DNA of 64,000 bases, from assembly GCF_009914755.1 (NCBI RefSeq), contig NC_060936.1. One strand, 5' to 3'. A program made the translations under genes and the position numbers. The notes under the pieces are model-generated. The model was given only the letters and a program-made list of their open reading frames with translations. It was not told the origin of the DNA and ran no database searches. Source of the stretch: the human T2T-CHM13v2.0 reference genome, Homo sapiens. Position 1 is the stretch's first letter, and every line of letters starts with the position of its first letter. This document shows, piece by piece, positions 11,318 through 26,504 of this stretch.

Positions 11318-14300
11318 GAATCCTCCTTCTTATGAGCCATTAATGAGCAGTGCAAGGGAATCATGGAAGGACACACTGGTATGAGCTTGTCTTCTCACTC
11401 AGGAGGCAGTAAGTGAAAGATTCCGCTAGAAACAGCCCATTAGTACATACTTATGTAAGAGCACAGCAGGGGAAGGTCATAACTATTTATTTCATCAGCC
11501 CATATTTTACGACTGTGCCCAGGGATCCCCTTTTCCCAAGAGCAAGGGAAGCCAACTATGCTTTGGGCTGACAACGTCTGGCATAAAAAGAATTGCAAGT
11601 GTCGATTGTACACATAAATAGGAAAAGACAGTGAGAAGAAAAGGCACGAGCTATTTTAGATCCTCAGCATGGGCCTCCATTGCTTAGAAAAATGGTGAAG
11701 CCTTGACAGAAACATAAGAGAGTTCTCAACGTCCATCACTCACCATCCACTCACTCATGCATTCATTCAGCAAGCATTTACTGAGCACATTCTATATACT
11801 GGAGACCATGTGCATTGCTAAATACGAAGATGAGCAGATTACTGTGGCATCCTTCCAAGGGCTCAGAATATGCTGTGGGGAAGATGGACATGGAAACAAT
11901 CCTTGACAGCCTCACGTGGTGAGAACAAAATGCCAGCATTAACAGTGCTGTAGAGTGCTGGGCAGAGGTAACTGACTGTCACCAGCAGACCCATGGAGGC
12001 TTTGCACCATTCATCACTGGGCTCCACGTGAAGAACAAGTAGAAGACGCATAAGAAAATTTGCTATATGGTTGGTAGTTAAGGTCGTTCCTGCAAATTCA
12101 CTGATCCAAATTCACAAAAAACTACTTAAGAAATAAGGACAATATGTGGAATTCCTTTTCAGTCTGCATGGAGTCACCTGGGGGTTTACACAATGGATCG
12201 GGCCTGATTCAAAAAGCCTGGGAAGTCATAACAGGAAGGGACAGGCTTGAAGTCACAGCTTAGGTATTAAGAGTTTACTGCATGCAAAGCAATGCAATGC
12301 TGGGACAGATCAGTAAGGCACATTTGGCTCCGAGTTTTCTTCATTTCTTTGTGTTTAAAGGAGACTCAGTCCCTGCTCTTTCTCCCGTCCCACATCAAAG
12401 CTAGGGAGACTTGAGTTGGCAAGATCTACTGATCCACTTCCTGGAGGACAGACTGGTGAACTTCCAGTAAATATTTACTGAAATAACAAATGAATGGTCT
12501 GGCTTTCTCACTCTTGTTTACGTTATCCACCTGCAAGATGGGAGTGTGAAGGACAATTATTCATTCATCCTTCCTCCCATCCCTCCATCCTCTCATTTGG
12601 ACTGTGGTAATGTAGTGCGTGAGTTCGAAGGGCAATGAAACCAGTCATGATTGGAATGAAGTTCCCAAGCAACAAATCATTACTGAGGACCTTTCTTTGC
12701 TTTATTCTTTCTCCTCTACCTCTTCCCAAAAGGTTTGTGCAAAAGTGAACAAAATGAAAATAAAATTAGGTTTATAGGATTTTAGAAAACGGAAATAAGG
12801 AGCACAGAAAAGAGGACAAAACAAGTAAGAAAACTCGGGGAACCACAATGCAGCTATGTTTGAGCAGTAACGTTTACTCTGAGCTTCCCGGTTGTTAGAG
12901 CAAGAAGAGAAATGGGGCAGCAGTACAGTTCTTCATCAGTTTTAAACTAAAAGACTGCCTTCCCTCCATTCCTTCCTTCCCTCCTCAAGCACTGACTAGG
13001 CATCTTCTGTATCCCAGAAGCCTTTTGTGGTACGCTGAGGGCTGTGGTATCCAGATACACTTTTGCCTTTTTTCTTAAAGGCGTGGGGATGCAGTCTAGG
13101 GCAGATAACACCAAGCAATCTATGCCTCAGCAGCAAAAGGACAGAAATGACCTGGGACTCAACCTACTTCTCAGAAATGCTGAAGCCAGCCCCTCGATGC
13201 TGCCTCAATTGTGTTTAAACGCCATTTGGAGAAGATGGCAGGAGCCTCATTATCCAGTGGAATGACTCAGCGTGTGTAAACAGGATGGCCCAGGGAAAGG
13301 AATTTCCTGGTTCTTTGAGCCATTGGCTTGTAACACACACACACTTGCAGTTCTTTGTGACAGAATATGTGGGCCTCAGTGCTGATGGTTTCTCAGGTAT
13401 TCTAGAAAATCTGATCACTTACATCCAGCCTCTGTTGGAAATTTGGAAATTACCCATTGCAGTCTTTACCATCCATGACCAAAGAATATCAGAGTTGAAA
13501 AGAATGTGGTGTCACCTAAGTTATCCCTCCATCTGAAGCTCAGGCCATTCTGCTCCTTTAATAAGTGTCCACTTTCACCTGATCATTGTCAGGCAGGGAA
13601 CTCAGTACCAGAGCCCGTCATTTTCATTGTTTTTGATTCTCTGTCTCCGTTTTAAGTCACCGGGACTCTGGAGTATTTGCTACAAAGCATTATCATAGCA
13701 GTAGTTATCTAATATATGGGGTAGTTTTCCTGAACTATCCAGATAATTGCATAAGTTCATCAATTTATGCTGCTATAGGAGACCAGCTCTATGGATGACA
13801 GCATTCCCTAATTACTAGCACTTCAAAATAAGGAGACTTTGCACTGCAAGGGGTGGTGTAGGTTGTCCCAACTAAATCAATACCACAAGGATGTCTGGAG
13901 AGTTTTCATGAAAGGTAACGTCTGCAGAGTCCAACTGACAGCCCGTCCCCACACCCAGCCGGCCCAAAAGGTCCTCACTACAGGATCACTTCTTTCATTC
14001 TTCCTTCTTAAGAAAACATTCATAGAGCACTTACTGTACGCCAGGCCTTGTGGTGAAGTGCTGTGAATCAATAAGACACAAATCTCACCCTCAAGAAGCT
14101 TCCATCACAATTTAGTGAGTATCATGACCCTGGGCCATTGGTCTTCAGGTGAGAAGAACTGACAATCACATCATTTATTTATCTGAATGAAACGGTGATA
14201 AAACTTTACCAAGAGATTTTTTTGGGACTTGTCACTAAACTCTTCCGGGATTAAACTTGGGCCTACATCCTTCTGCTCAGGAGGAAAAGTCAAATGGCTG

Positions 14301-14955
14301 CAAGTGTCCAGAGAACTTAAGCTTGCAGCTCTTAAAGCAAATGAAGAATTTCCTCTCATCGGCCCTGAGGAAAACCCCATGACAGGGCTGTGAGGGGCCT
14401 GCGGCAATGGAGCTTTGAAGCCCCATTTTGGGGTAGGGGACAGTGATGATTAATGTCATGGCCATCTCTTGGGCCAGTTTTCTTTCATCCCCTCCGAGAT
14501 GGGGGAGTGGGAGACGATTCCTAAAGTCCTTCTTAGTAAGCCCTTCAGGAAAAGGTTTGATATTGGAGATTCCCTCGAAAGCCAGCTGCTACCCTCCCAG
14601 GTTTCTCCAGCTTAATCCCTCCCTCTCAGGTTTCCCTTTGTCTGGAGCCAGCCCATCCCCACATCCACTGGCCTGAGGAGGCTCCCCACCCCCATGCACC
14701 TCCTCAGGCTGATCCCAGCCTCCCTTCACCTCGCAGCCCCTCCCCCAAGCCTGCTGGGCCCCAGCCCAGGTTCCAGTTCAATTTAGAAAAATGTAAATAT
14801 AATACATCTCCCCCTGCTGCCTCCCTCCGTTGAGGACCTGCCCCACCATTCCTACTGACAGGCCCAGAGTGGGCTCAGCGCACTTCCTGTCTGCATGGGT
14901 GGTCCTGGGGATCTCAGGGAAAGAGGCTGACAGCTGAGAGCTGGGCCGGGGATCA

Positions 14956-15248
14956 CCATGTCAAGCACACCAGAGGCGGGGGGCAGCTTTGGTTTCATTG
15001 CTCTCATTTTTGTTCAAAGTCCAAGACATGGGCCCTTCTGGAACGGGGGAGGTCTAGCCAGTCGGGAAGGAAGGAGGAAGCCTCACTTCATTCCATCCTT
15101 CCATGTCAAGCACACCAGAGGCGGGGGGCAGCTTTGGTTTCATTGCTCTCATTTTTGTTCGAAGTCCAAGACATGGGCCCTTCTGGAACGGGGGAGGTCT
15201 AGCCAGTTAGGAAGGAGGGAGGAAGCCTCACTTCATTCCATCCTTCCA
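14956..15248. repeat. Tandem duplication, 2 x 145 bp
   Basis: ccatgtcaagcacaccagagg.. starts at both 14956 and 15101; the copies differ by 4 substitutions. Confidence 0.95.
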
Positions 15249-16985
15249 CAGAAGCCCAAGTTCCTACAGGTCTTGAAGCACGTCTCCCGTGGAATGGTCT
15301 GGAAAGTGGCTCTAACCTCAATTCCACTAGTGAGTCATCTGGGTGACCTTAGGCAACTCACATTACCCTGGGCCTCTTGGCTTTGAGGTGCACTGTTCAA
15401 CTAGGATGTATGAACCATCATGTCATCACTGGAAGGCGCCCTGAAGGTCAGCTGGTCTCATGGTCTGAAACTTATTATTCCTGTCAAGACACTCAATGAA
15501 AAATGATGACCTGCACTTCCATTTGTGTATGCTGAAACGTCCCTTCCTCAAAAAACATCTAGAAATCTAAGAAAGTGAGGGTGGCACTGACTCTGTTTTA
15601 CCTTGTATTTCTAAAACATTGGCAGTAGTGCATTACTTGTGACACATTGCACAATTGGTTTTGACCACAGACCGGTGGGTTGCATCACTGCAGGGAAAAA
15701 CTCATTCTCTGGTCTAATTCCCTACAATTTCCAGGAAAAAAGGGAAGCCAGGGAAATTATACGATGCCATGCCCTAGGCCACACTGCTAGATAGAAGCAG
15801 AGCTGCATCTGCACCCGAGTCTCACCTGACACCCTGGGAACATGGGAAGGAGAGACGCTCACTCTGCCTACAATGGTCATCTAAAGATACAAGAGGCAGC
15901 AGATGTGAAGGGGCTTTTACTTCAAAGACGAGGGTGCAGAGAAATCAGAAGTAATGATAAGGTGACTGCCGCCAAGTCTTAGTTATCCATGGAGACGGCA
16001 GAAACTATTGCCCCCAATGAAGTTTTGACATCTGCTGTGAACTTCATCTTCTCTCCCACCAAGCTAGTTCCCAGAGCTGCTGCCATCTTTGAACTGCATG
16101 GGTGGGTTCACGTTACACCTTCTCTTATTTCCCTGGCTTACTCGCTAGAAAGGAGTGCCTAATAGGCCTGGGATGGGGGAGGGGAGGAGGCAGAGGAAGA
16201 AAAGGGGTGGCAGGAGAGGGAGACAGGGAAGGAGGAAGAGGAGAAAGAGAAATAAGGATAACCACCTCTCTTGATAATCCACTCACTGGATTATCAGCCC
16301 ATAAATAAATGAGAATTGACCACGGCTCAGCATCACTAGAAAGTGAGATTCTGTTAGCCTAGGTAAGAGAAAGCCGAAGACATAAATGATACACTCATTT
16401 ATTCAGTTACCCCCCTTTACAGGCTTACCCAATATGTTTTTAGTGACTATGCCCTGGCGGGGGGGTGCTGGGCAAGGCCCTGCAATTTGAAGAATCGGCC
16501 CTTGGGAAATTAATTACCAAAGGCATCTCTATTTTAGGAGACAGCTTGTCTGAAATCCTGTGGGGCAGGGGGAAGGGGGAGGTGGTAAGGAGCAGGTGAC
16601 ACGAGAGGTGGCTTTGGATGCACGCATGAGAAGGCGCAGGCAAGCCCAGGGCCGGGAGAGCACTCAGGACAGGCAGGGCAGGAGGGAGCTGTAGGGTGCG
16701 GAGGATTCACTTTCCTGGACCACAGGACATGGAGAAGGACCTAGGATTAAATAAACGAGAAGGATGCTCTGGGAGGGCCTCGCTAGGAGCACGGGAACCC
16801 TGATGGTTTTTGGACACCGGAGGGATATGACCAACACTACACCTCGGAAGGAATAAATGAGGCAGTGGCGAGACGGTGGTGGCTGCAAGTGGCTGTGTTG
16901 AGGATGTAGTTAAAAAAAAAAGAAAAAGCAAAAGCACCAGGGAGGAGGCAGGGCAGACACAGCAGATTCCTAAGATACCCTATTG

Positions 16986-17197
16986 CAAGCTTGTCCAACC
17001 CCTGGCCCATGGGCCACATACGGCCCAGGACAGCTTTGAATGTGGCTCAACACAAATTCGTAAACTTTCTTAAAACATTATGAGATTTTTTTTTGCTCAT
17101 CACCTATCATTAGTGTTACTATATTTTATGTGTGGCCCAAGACACTTCTTCTTCTTCCAATGTGGCCCAGGGAAGCCAGAAGATTGGACACCCCAGC
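16986..17197. mobile_element. MER30-like hAT-Charlie MITE
   Basis: caagcttgtccaacc..cggcccaggacagctttgaatgtggc..tgtggcccagggaagcca..ttggacacccc, with terminal inverted tgtccaa/ttggaca. Confidence 0.8.
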
Positions 17198-17670
17198 TCT
17201 AGAGGAAAGATCGTCGACACAGCAAGCCTACTGGATGGGAGGCACATGGAGACGGAACAGAGAATGAGCAGTGATGTTAGATTTCTCAGCCAGGGGCCTG
17301 GAGGATGGTGGGGCCATTAATGTGGCACAGAACTCAGAAAACAGTCAAGGGTATGAAGCCTGCAGGCAGAAAGGCTTAGAAATGTTTCCCCGAAATGGAT
17401 TCTGGTCTGGGCCCTTCCCTGCCTTGTTTGAAGTCTCGAGACAAGCCTGGGGCAGTAAGCGGGAGAAGAGCCTCCTGCATCCAGTTCAGAGTTTGCTTGG
17501 CCTCAGTAGGTGGTTTCTAAAACCCAAAGACAAGGCCAAAAGAATGAGAAGAGCAGGCGATCTTCGAGCACACCTCTCTGCTGGTCAACCGGAAGCAGCA
17601 AAGACCTAGCCTCTGCAGCAAGCATCACTAGGCAAACTATTTTCTAGAACAGTAGGTCCTTTCTTATAAC

Positions 17671-18631
<961 letters not shown>

Positions 18632-21425
18632 CACATCTCTCTCTCACACCAGACCCTGAAACTCTGGAGGGAACAGGCATGTCTGTTGTCTCTGTGTCCC
18701 CAGTGCCTGGCAGCAGTGCAGACACCACAGCGCTGCCCCGGGGGAGGGCAGGAGGGGAGTCACTGCAGAGGCAGGGATGTGGCCTTGGAGTTGAGGTCAG
18801 AGCCAAGTCTGAAAGAGATCATCTCACCCTGTCCACTAACACTAATGACTTGACCCCTTAGGGAAAGGAATAAATTAAAATCAGAAGTGACTTTTCTTTG
18901 AGAGAAACTCTGATAATAAACATGGTTCATTTTGGTCTTAGGAGACTAAAATTATTGCACATTAAAAATTACACAAATATGTCCATAGTGAAGAAGGTGG
19001 CCCACAGGTCATGGGATCAAGAGAAGCGGGACTTCTATTTCTCTACCAATGAAGGAAAAGGACTTATGAGGCCATTCATTTAATAATTATTTCATTGTGT
19101 TATCAGGTTCTAGTACCCATGCTGAGTGTTGCGACTAGAGAGGAATAAGACATTGTCCCTGTCCCCAAAGCACTCACATGTTTGAAAGGGTGCAGGTACA
19201 GGAGAAGAGGGGAAGAGAAAAACTGAGGATGGGAGAATGAGAAAATGGTGCCAAGGGCAAATGTGTCTGAGCCTGCAACACTCAGCAAGCAGTCACGGGT
19301 AGGCGACATGGCATAGGCAAATTGGACGTGAGAGTGTGAGATAACCAGATACACACACGCGGGCCTGCAAGAAGATGCAAAACAAGAGCCAGCTTGGGAT
19401 GACCTCATCTGCTGCACTGGGCGTGTGAACTTTATCTGAAAAGAAGTCTGTAGCGTTGAAGGATTTTAAGTAGAAAAATGAATGCAATCTGGCTTGCATC
19501 TTTTAAAAGCCGTTCTAAAAAGCAAGAAGGAAAGGTAGAAGGAGTGAAAAAGAAGCAGGGAGTCAACTTAGGATGCATTTCCAGTAATTCCAAGGAGAAA
19601 TGGTGAGGGTTCAAATAAGAATCCAAAATTCTCAGTAGAGGCAAAGTCAGCGAGGTAAGTATCCACAAATAGAAACTCTCCCCAGTTAGGGTTCACGCAA
19701 AGTCAGAAAGTAGTCATGGAGGTTAAGAGTCCACAGGCGTTCCTCCTGAACCCAGAAGCTCAGACTTGCCATTTCAGGAGACAACTTGAAAGCGGCCACA
19801 AGAGCTTTAACATCTGGTCTCCGAGAGGAACCTGCCCTATGCATTTCCTTGACACGGTGATTTCTACAGGCCTTGGTGCACACTTCCAGAGAGCAGGAGA
19901 GGCTGGGGGTCTCTGCCTTTCAAAATAATTATCTGGCTTTTACTCCAAATGAATGAATAAGTAAACATGCAATCATGGATGCACTTCCCTTTCTGTGAGG
20001 GTTTGACAGGATATAAGCTCATGACCAAGAAAAATAAGATCTGCTCTCATGACTGTGTGAATGAATGACAGAAGAAATTCATCTCATCACCCACAGTAAT
20101 AGCCCAAGGGCCTCAAAACTGTGGTTGCATTTAAGAAGCTGGGGGAAGGCTGTAAGGGAGATAATTGAATTCCTGAGGCAGGATTATAATAGCGATTATT
20201 TTTTGGATGACTAGAGGAACAAAAGCTTGTGGGTTTTAGATAAACAGATGACAAAAAGAGCCCATCTGAGAGTCCAGACTTGTCAATAGAGCCCTGAGGG
20301 CTTAGAGTTTACTGAAAGGACAAACATCTTGGAGTGTTTAGAGCTCAGGCTTCTGATTCTTAGGTATGCCTTGGGGTCTGGTACCCTCATTCTTTAATAA
20401 TTAGGGCACAGCCTACACTCACAGTACAGGAAGAACCTCCAGAGATCACCGTATTCAGGAGCTTCAAACTGTTTTGAGTCAAAAACTTTCTAGATTTGAG
20501 AGAAACTGAACTCTGGACAATAACAACGGTGGCCAATGTTCATTGACGGTCTACATGTGGAAGCACTCTACATGCATCAACTGATTCCCAGAATAGTCCT
20601 ATGAGGTAGGTGCTATTATCATCAAACCTACTTTTCAGATGGGAGAATTGGACCTGGCTGACTTTAAGCCTCAAAACCAGAGTCATGTAGCTAGCATGCA
20701 GCAGGGTTAGGTTTGAAAGCCCAGTGGTTCAACGGCAGTACCACCCCTAACCACACTTAGCTGCTTGATGAACTTTAATGAGGGTTATTCTGCAGCCCAG
20801 TCTTTGTACTTGAGAAAAAGTATGTCCTTAAAGGATTAAGAGGATAGTCCAGAGATAAAAGAGATGAACGAAACCTAATCCAGAAAACATTGTCCTCACA
20901 CTTAATAAAATATGAAATAAAATAGCCATGTCTCTAAAACACATCTCTTAAGATTGAAAGTCATAGCAAAATAGACTAAAGAATTCTATGAGCCAATCCA
21001 GCTTGAAAAACCCCTGTATGATTCCTCTTCCAGATAAGATTGCATCAATATCAACTGAATTGTTGACTCAATCAATATCAGGAACAACCTGAATTGCTCA
21101 AGAGACTGTCCTGGTCTCCAGACTTGCTCCTCCCTCCAGGTGCTTAATAAATGTTTGATGAATGAATTGATAAGTGAATTCTTGCACCTGTGTTTTCTCT
21201 TTTCCTCCTGAGCCTTACTATCCCTCCTCTGCACTTGCTGCCCAATTTCCCAAGCAAAGAGTATACAGTCACCACATTGGCCAAGATTTTACAACTACTT
21301 CATATGGTCTGATGTGAAATGCAAACCTGTCTGGTCTTCAGGGTTTTCCACTAATCCCAGGTCTGTATCTGAACCTTCCATACCTCAAAACTACCATTTG
21401 CTTTTCCTTGTCAACAGTTACTCGT

Positions 21426-21804
<379 letters not shown>

Positions 21805-21937
21805 TTATCATCTATATGTAGATCTCCAGAATCAGAAGAGATCTTGGGATTACTAAATCAACCTCCCACTTACAGCTGGAAACCTCTTCAGAACATCCGT
21901 AGTTCACCATCAATTAAGCCCTGCTTTGAAAATGTAA

Positions 21938-22425
<488 letters not shown>

Positions 22426-22989
22426 TAGACTCTGGAGGCTGTGAAGATGAATAAGCCATGGTCCCTACCTACTGCTCTTCAGAGTCACTCCTTGACTGGG
22501 TCTGTTGAAGAACATATGTGTAAGCAATACTACCATAATTCAGTAAGATGCCATCAGCGTGTGTACCAAACACAATACTAGGACAGAAACAAGTGATGAT
22601 TTCTCTCAAGAGGAACTGGGGCTTGACCTGGGAAGACTTCCTAGAGGAAGCACCGTGTAAAACTAAGCTAAGGATGAGTCTAGAATATTCAGGTCAACAA
22701 CGTGGAATGGAGTGGCGTAGGGGGCTGGGAATCCCAAGCTTCCTATACACTGATAATTCTTTCATATCACATGACTTTAGGATTCAGGATATTAAGTGAT
22801 TTATACTCACTGAAAGGGTATTCTCATATATTGCCCATGCCTGGGTGAATTGTTCTTATTCTTTCAGAAAGCAATTTGGTAAAATGAATCAAGAACCATA
22901 GAATGACCATACCTAATCACACCTATGTGAATCTATCTGGGTGAAATAATAATATAAATAAAAGATTATATGCACAAAGATAGTGCTTA

Positions 22990-23065
22990 TAAACCCAGCA
23001 CTTTGGGAGGCCGAGGCAGGAGGATTGCTTGAGGCCAGGAGCTCAAGATCAGCCTGAGCAACAAA
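22990..23065 (+). mobile_element. Short Alu/FLAM fragment
   Basis: Contains cccagcactttgggaggccgaggcaggaggattgcttgaggccaggag, then truncates. Confidence 0.75.
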
Positions 23066-23971
23066 GATAGAGGATTAAAATAGGGAGAATTGTTAAATAA
23101 GCCTTCACTGGAAGATAGGCAAGTGAACTATGGCATGCTTATTAAAGGGATTATTACGCAGCTATTCATTTTGAATGTTATGTGATAACTTAAAATATTT
23201 ATCCATATAATGGGAAATAAAAAAATAAATGTGAGTATGATCAAAATTTTATTTTTAAATTCATGTACATACAAAAAGGGTCTAAGAAACAGCACCAAAA
23301 TGGTTTAAAAAAATTAAAAGGTTGGATTTGGGAGACAGGTTCTCTTCTGTTTTCAAGATTCCAGGTATAAGATTGTTTTATTCATTTTAAGGTGTGGGGT
23401 TTGGGGTTTGTTTTTCTTTCTGGTTTTTCAGTCTATGGTCTGAATCTCACTCTCTACAATCTTGGTGTGAATTCCTTCCCAAAGTCACCAAGTAAATCTT
23501 CTAGTTCTTTACTTTTTTTTTCATTCTTCTCATTTCTTGGTAAGCACCCAAGTTGAAACACATAATAACATGGTAGATGTGTATTCAGTGGCATGGCCCT
23601 GACAAAGTAGAGTATATTTCCCTAACTCTGCCTTCCTCAGGCTTCAAGACCATTAAGAGGAATAACACTGGACACTTAATACACAGCTTTTGTATGTGTT
23701 AGGCCCTCTTCTAAGCACTGTATTAGCACTAAGCACTAAGACCCTCTTCTATTCACAGATACTAATTCATTCACTACTCCTGACAATCCTATTATATTAT
23801 TATCTTTTTTTAATAGGCAAGCAAATCAAGACACATAGGAGTCTTGATAAGGGCAAGTGGGTAACTTACACAGGGTTACCCAGCTAGTTGGTCAAAAGCT
23901 GGGATTTGAGCCCAGGAAGTATGGTTCAAGGGTCTCTGCTCCTCTTTGTTGTATTTTAATGTTTCATTTCT

Positions 23972-24410
23972 CTTTTTTTAACTTTTAAGTTTAGGGGTGC
24001 AAGTGCAGGTTTGTCACACAGGTAAACTTGTGTCATGGGGGTTTGTTGTACAGATTATTTCATCACCCAGGTATTAAGCCTAGTACCCATTAGTTCTTTT
24101 TCCTGATCCTCTCCCTCTTCTCATCCCCACCCTCTGATGGGCCCCAGTGTGTGTTGTTCCTCTCTGTGTGTCCATGTGTTCTCATGGTTTAGCTCCCACT
24201 TATAAGTGAAAACATCCAGTATTTGGTTTTCTGTTCCTGCATTAGTATGCTAAAGATAATGGCCTCCATCTCCATCCATGTTCCTTCAAAGAACATGAAC
24301 TCATTCTTTTTCACGGCTGCATGGTAGTCCACAGTGTACTACGTTTTCTTTACCCAGCCTATCATTGATGAGCATTTAGGTGGAATGTATTCTTTGCTAT
24401 TATGAACACG
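23972..24410 (-). mobile_element. L1 3'-end fragment (old L1PA/L1PB type)
   Basis: Typical reverse L1 3' UTR: ttttaagtttaggggt..caggtttgt..tttcatcacccaggtattaagcctagtaccca..tagctcccacttataagtga. Confidence 0.85.
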
Positions 24411-25230
24411 TCTATATACATAAACTAGAAAACTTTGGGGTCTCTGCTCTAATCACCCAAAAGAGGAAGCTTTGAAATAGCTGAACAGACAAGGTTGACA
24501 AGCATGTGAAACCCACACAGCTAATTGGTGGCGACGGAAGTGGGACCACTGGCGTCAGAGGGTGGAGGCAGACAAACAGATCTCAGGGGTTCCTAATGTA
24601 GGCCCTTCCCCAAATGGAAGTCCCAATCTCTGGCAGCACTTTCTTTCATTCTGGGTGAGAGAATGGCAGATGTAGAATGGCGTCTGAAATATGAGCAATA
24701 TCCTTTGTGTAAATACAGCATCAGAGAGGGATTAGAGGTAGCTCTTAGCCAAACATGAAAGGCATAAAGGGGCTACACGTTTCCTTAAACCAGGTCTTGA
24801 TATTTTCTTTACATATTGTTTCTGAAGCAGACTTAATGATTGTTTGTTCTCTGGTGAGTTGTTTCAGATTACAAAGTTGAGGCTTTCCCTAGAATTGTAG
24901 ACATCCCAGGGCTAGGACAATATTTCCATGGCCGTCTGATCTAGACCCTGCCCATTACTCCACTGCTAACAAACACATGCAATTTCCTATAACAGAATAG
25001 GAGGAATGCCCATTAGAAATGATGAGTGAGGTAGCCTGTGCACAAAAAGGTACTGACGGCCCTCTGCTACAAGTGACTAGGTGAAGGGAGCAGGAGTCAT
25101 ATGCAAACACAGTGATAGGTGCAATGATACTAAGCACTGAATTAAACATTGAGTGATTTTTTTGATGGATCTTATTGATGGTTCCCCATTGAGTAAATGT
25201 TTAGAATGTTTAGACATTATAGCTAAGATC

Positions 25231-25528
25231 TTTATTTATTTATTTTTGAGACAGACTCTCATTCTGTTGGCCAGGCTGGAGTAGAGTGACACAATCTCAG
25301 CTCAGTGCAAGCTGTGTCTCCCAGGCTCAAGCAATTCTCGTGCCTCAGCCTCCCAAGTAGCTGGGATTACAGGTGCCTGCCACCATTCCTGGCTAATTTT
25401 TGTATTTTTAGTAGAGATGGAGTTTCACTATGTTGGCCAGACTGATCTCAAACTCCTGACCTCAGGTGATCCACCTGCCTCTGCTTCCCAAAGTGCTGGG
25501 ATGACAGGCATGAGCCACTGCGCTCGTC
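25231..25528 (-). mobile_element. AluS-family SINE
   Basis: Reverse Alu with a (TTTA)n tail and TSD ttata(g/c)ctaag(a/c)tctt. Confidence 0.92.
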
Positions 25529-26358
25529 TTATACCTAAGCTCTTGATCTTTGGTATCCTATGCTTTTAATTCATTAGCCCCAAGTCTTGGAAAGAGACTT
25601 CTCAAACATCCATCCCAATAGAAGATCAGGATTATAGTCAAGTAGCCAACAGTGCAAAGGCAGCTGGCCTAAGTTGGGACCCTTCTCATAATAAAGAACT
25701 CATGGCTTCCAAGCCACATCTAAAATGATTGTGTTCCATCAGCCTGTACTACATGTGCTCCTGCCTTCAAGCCTTATCGAAAACAACTAGAGGCTCTGCA
25801 ACTAGAAATACACCTCTCACTCCCTACCGAAATAGACCCAACTTTTTGTTAAAAAGCTTTCATCTTATCCAGCCTTATCTGATCAAAGTAGGGGATGCTC
25901 TTATATATTCTCCAAGTCAAAATGTAGATATCCTTGACCCAAGTGTCATCGGATACTTTCCATGAAGGAAGACTTTCATGGAAACTATATTCTTAAATTT
26001 CAGATTGTACTATTTCCCTTTCAGCTTTATCAATAATAGAAACCATGGAAAGGGGCCTGAGAGATCAAACTTTAGTTTATAGATGAGGAGAGGAATCACA
26101 AGGAAAAGAGAACATCATCCTAGAATTATCCACCAAACTGTTGACTGAGCTGCTCCAGGTTCTCCTCCCAGGTCTCTTTCTGCCCCATTCTTCTCAACTT
26201 TCATGTGGCACTGAAGGGAACACTGAATAGCCATGAAGCTCATGAAGAAGCAGAGGCTGTCCCAGTCATTTTCCCCAATCCCCTACCTTCCCCCTTCAAC
26301 CCCACAGACCCCTTGTCTGAACCTGCCCCCAGTGGAAGGCAGGACCATGGGTTCTCAC

Positions 26359-26504
26359 TCATTTCCATGTACTCCGGAGTCAGTCCTGTGTATGGTTCCA
26401 AGCTGTAGTCTAGGTCCCACTGCTCTGGATGTTTCGAATGGGCAGAGTCAGTTTCTCCAGCTTCGGTCTCATCTTTCAGCTTTCGAAATAGTTTCTTTAG
26501 CTTC
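26359..26504 (-). CDS. ANO2: ANO2 coding exon (146 nt): [14 protein letters not shown]...[20 protein letters not shown]
   Basis: Acceptor ttttccag|G and donor A|gtgaga. Contains the conserved EYxEM Ca2+-binding motif. Confidence 0.97.

Noticed and set aside
14958-15386. 142-aa ATG-initiated ORF
   Set aside because: It spans the 145-bp duplication, reading the two copies in different frames. No family resemblance or splice context.
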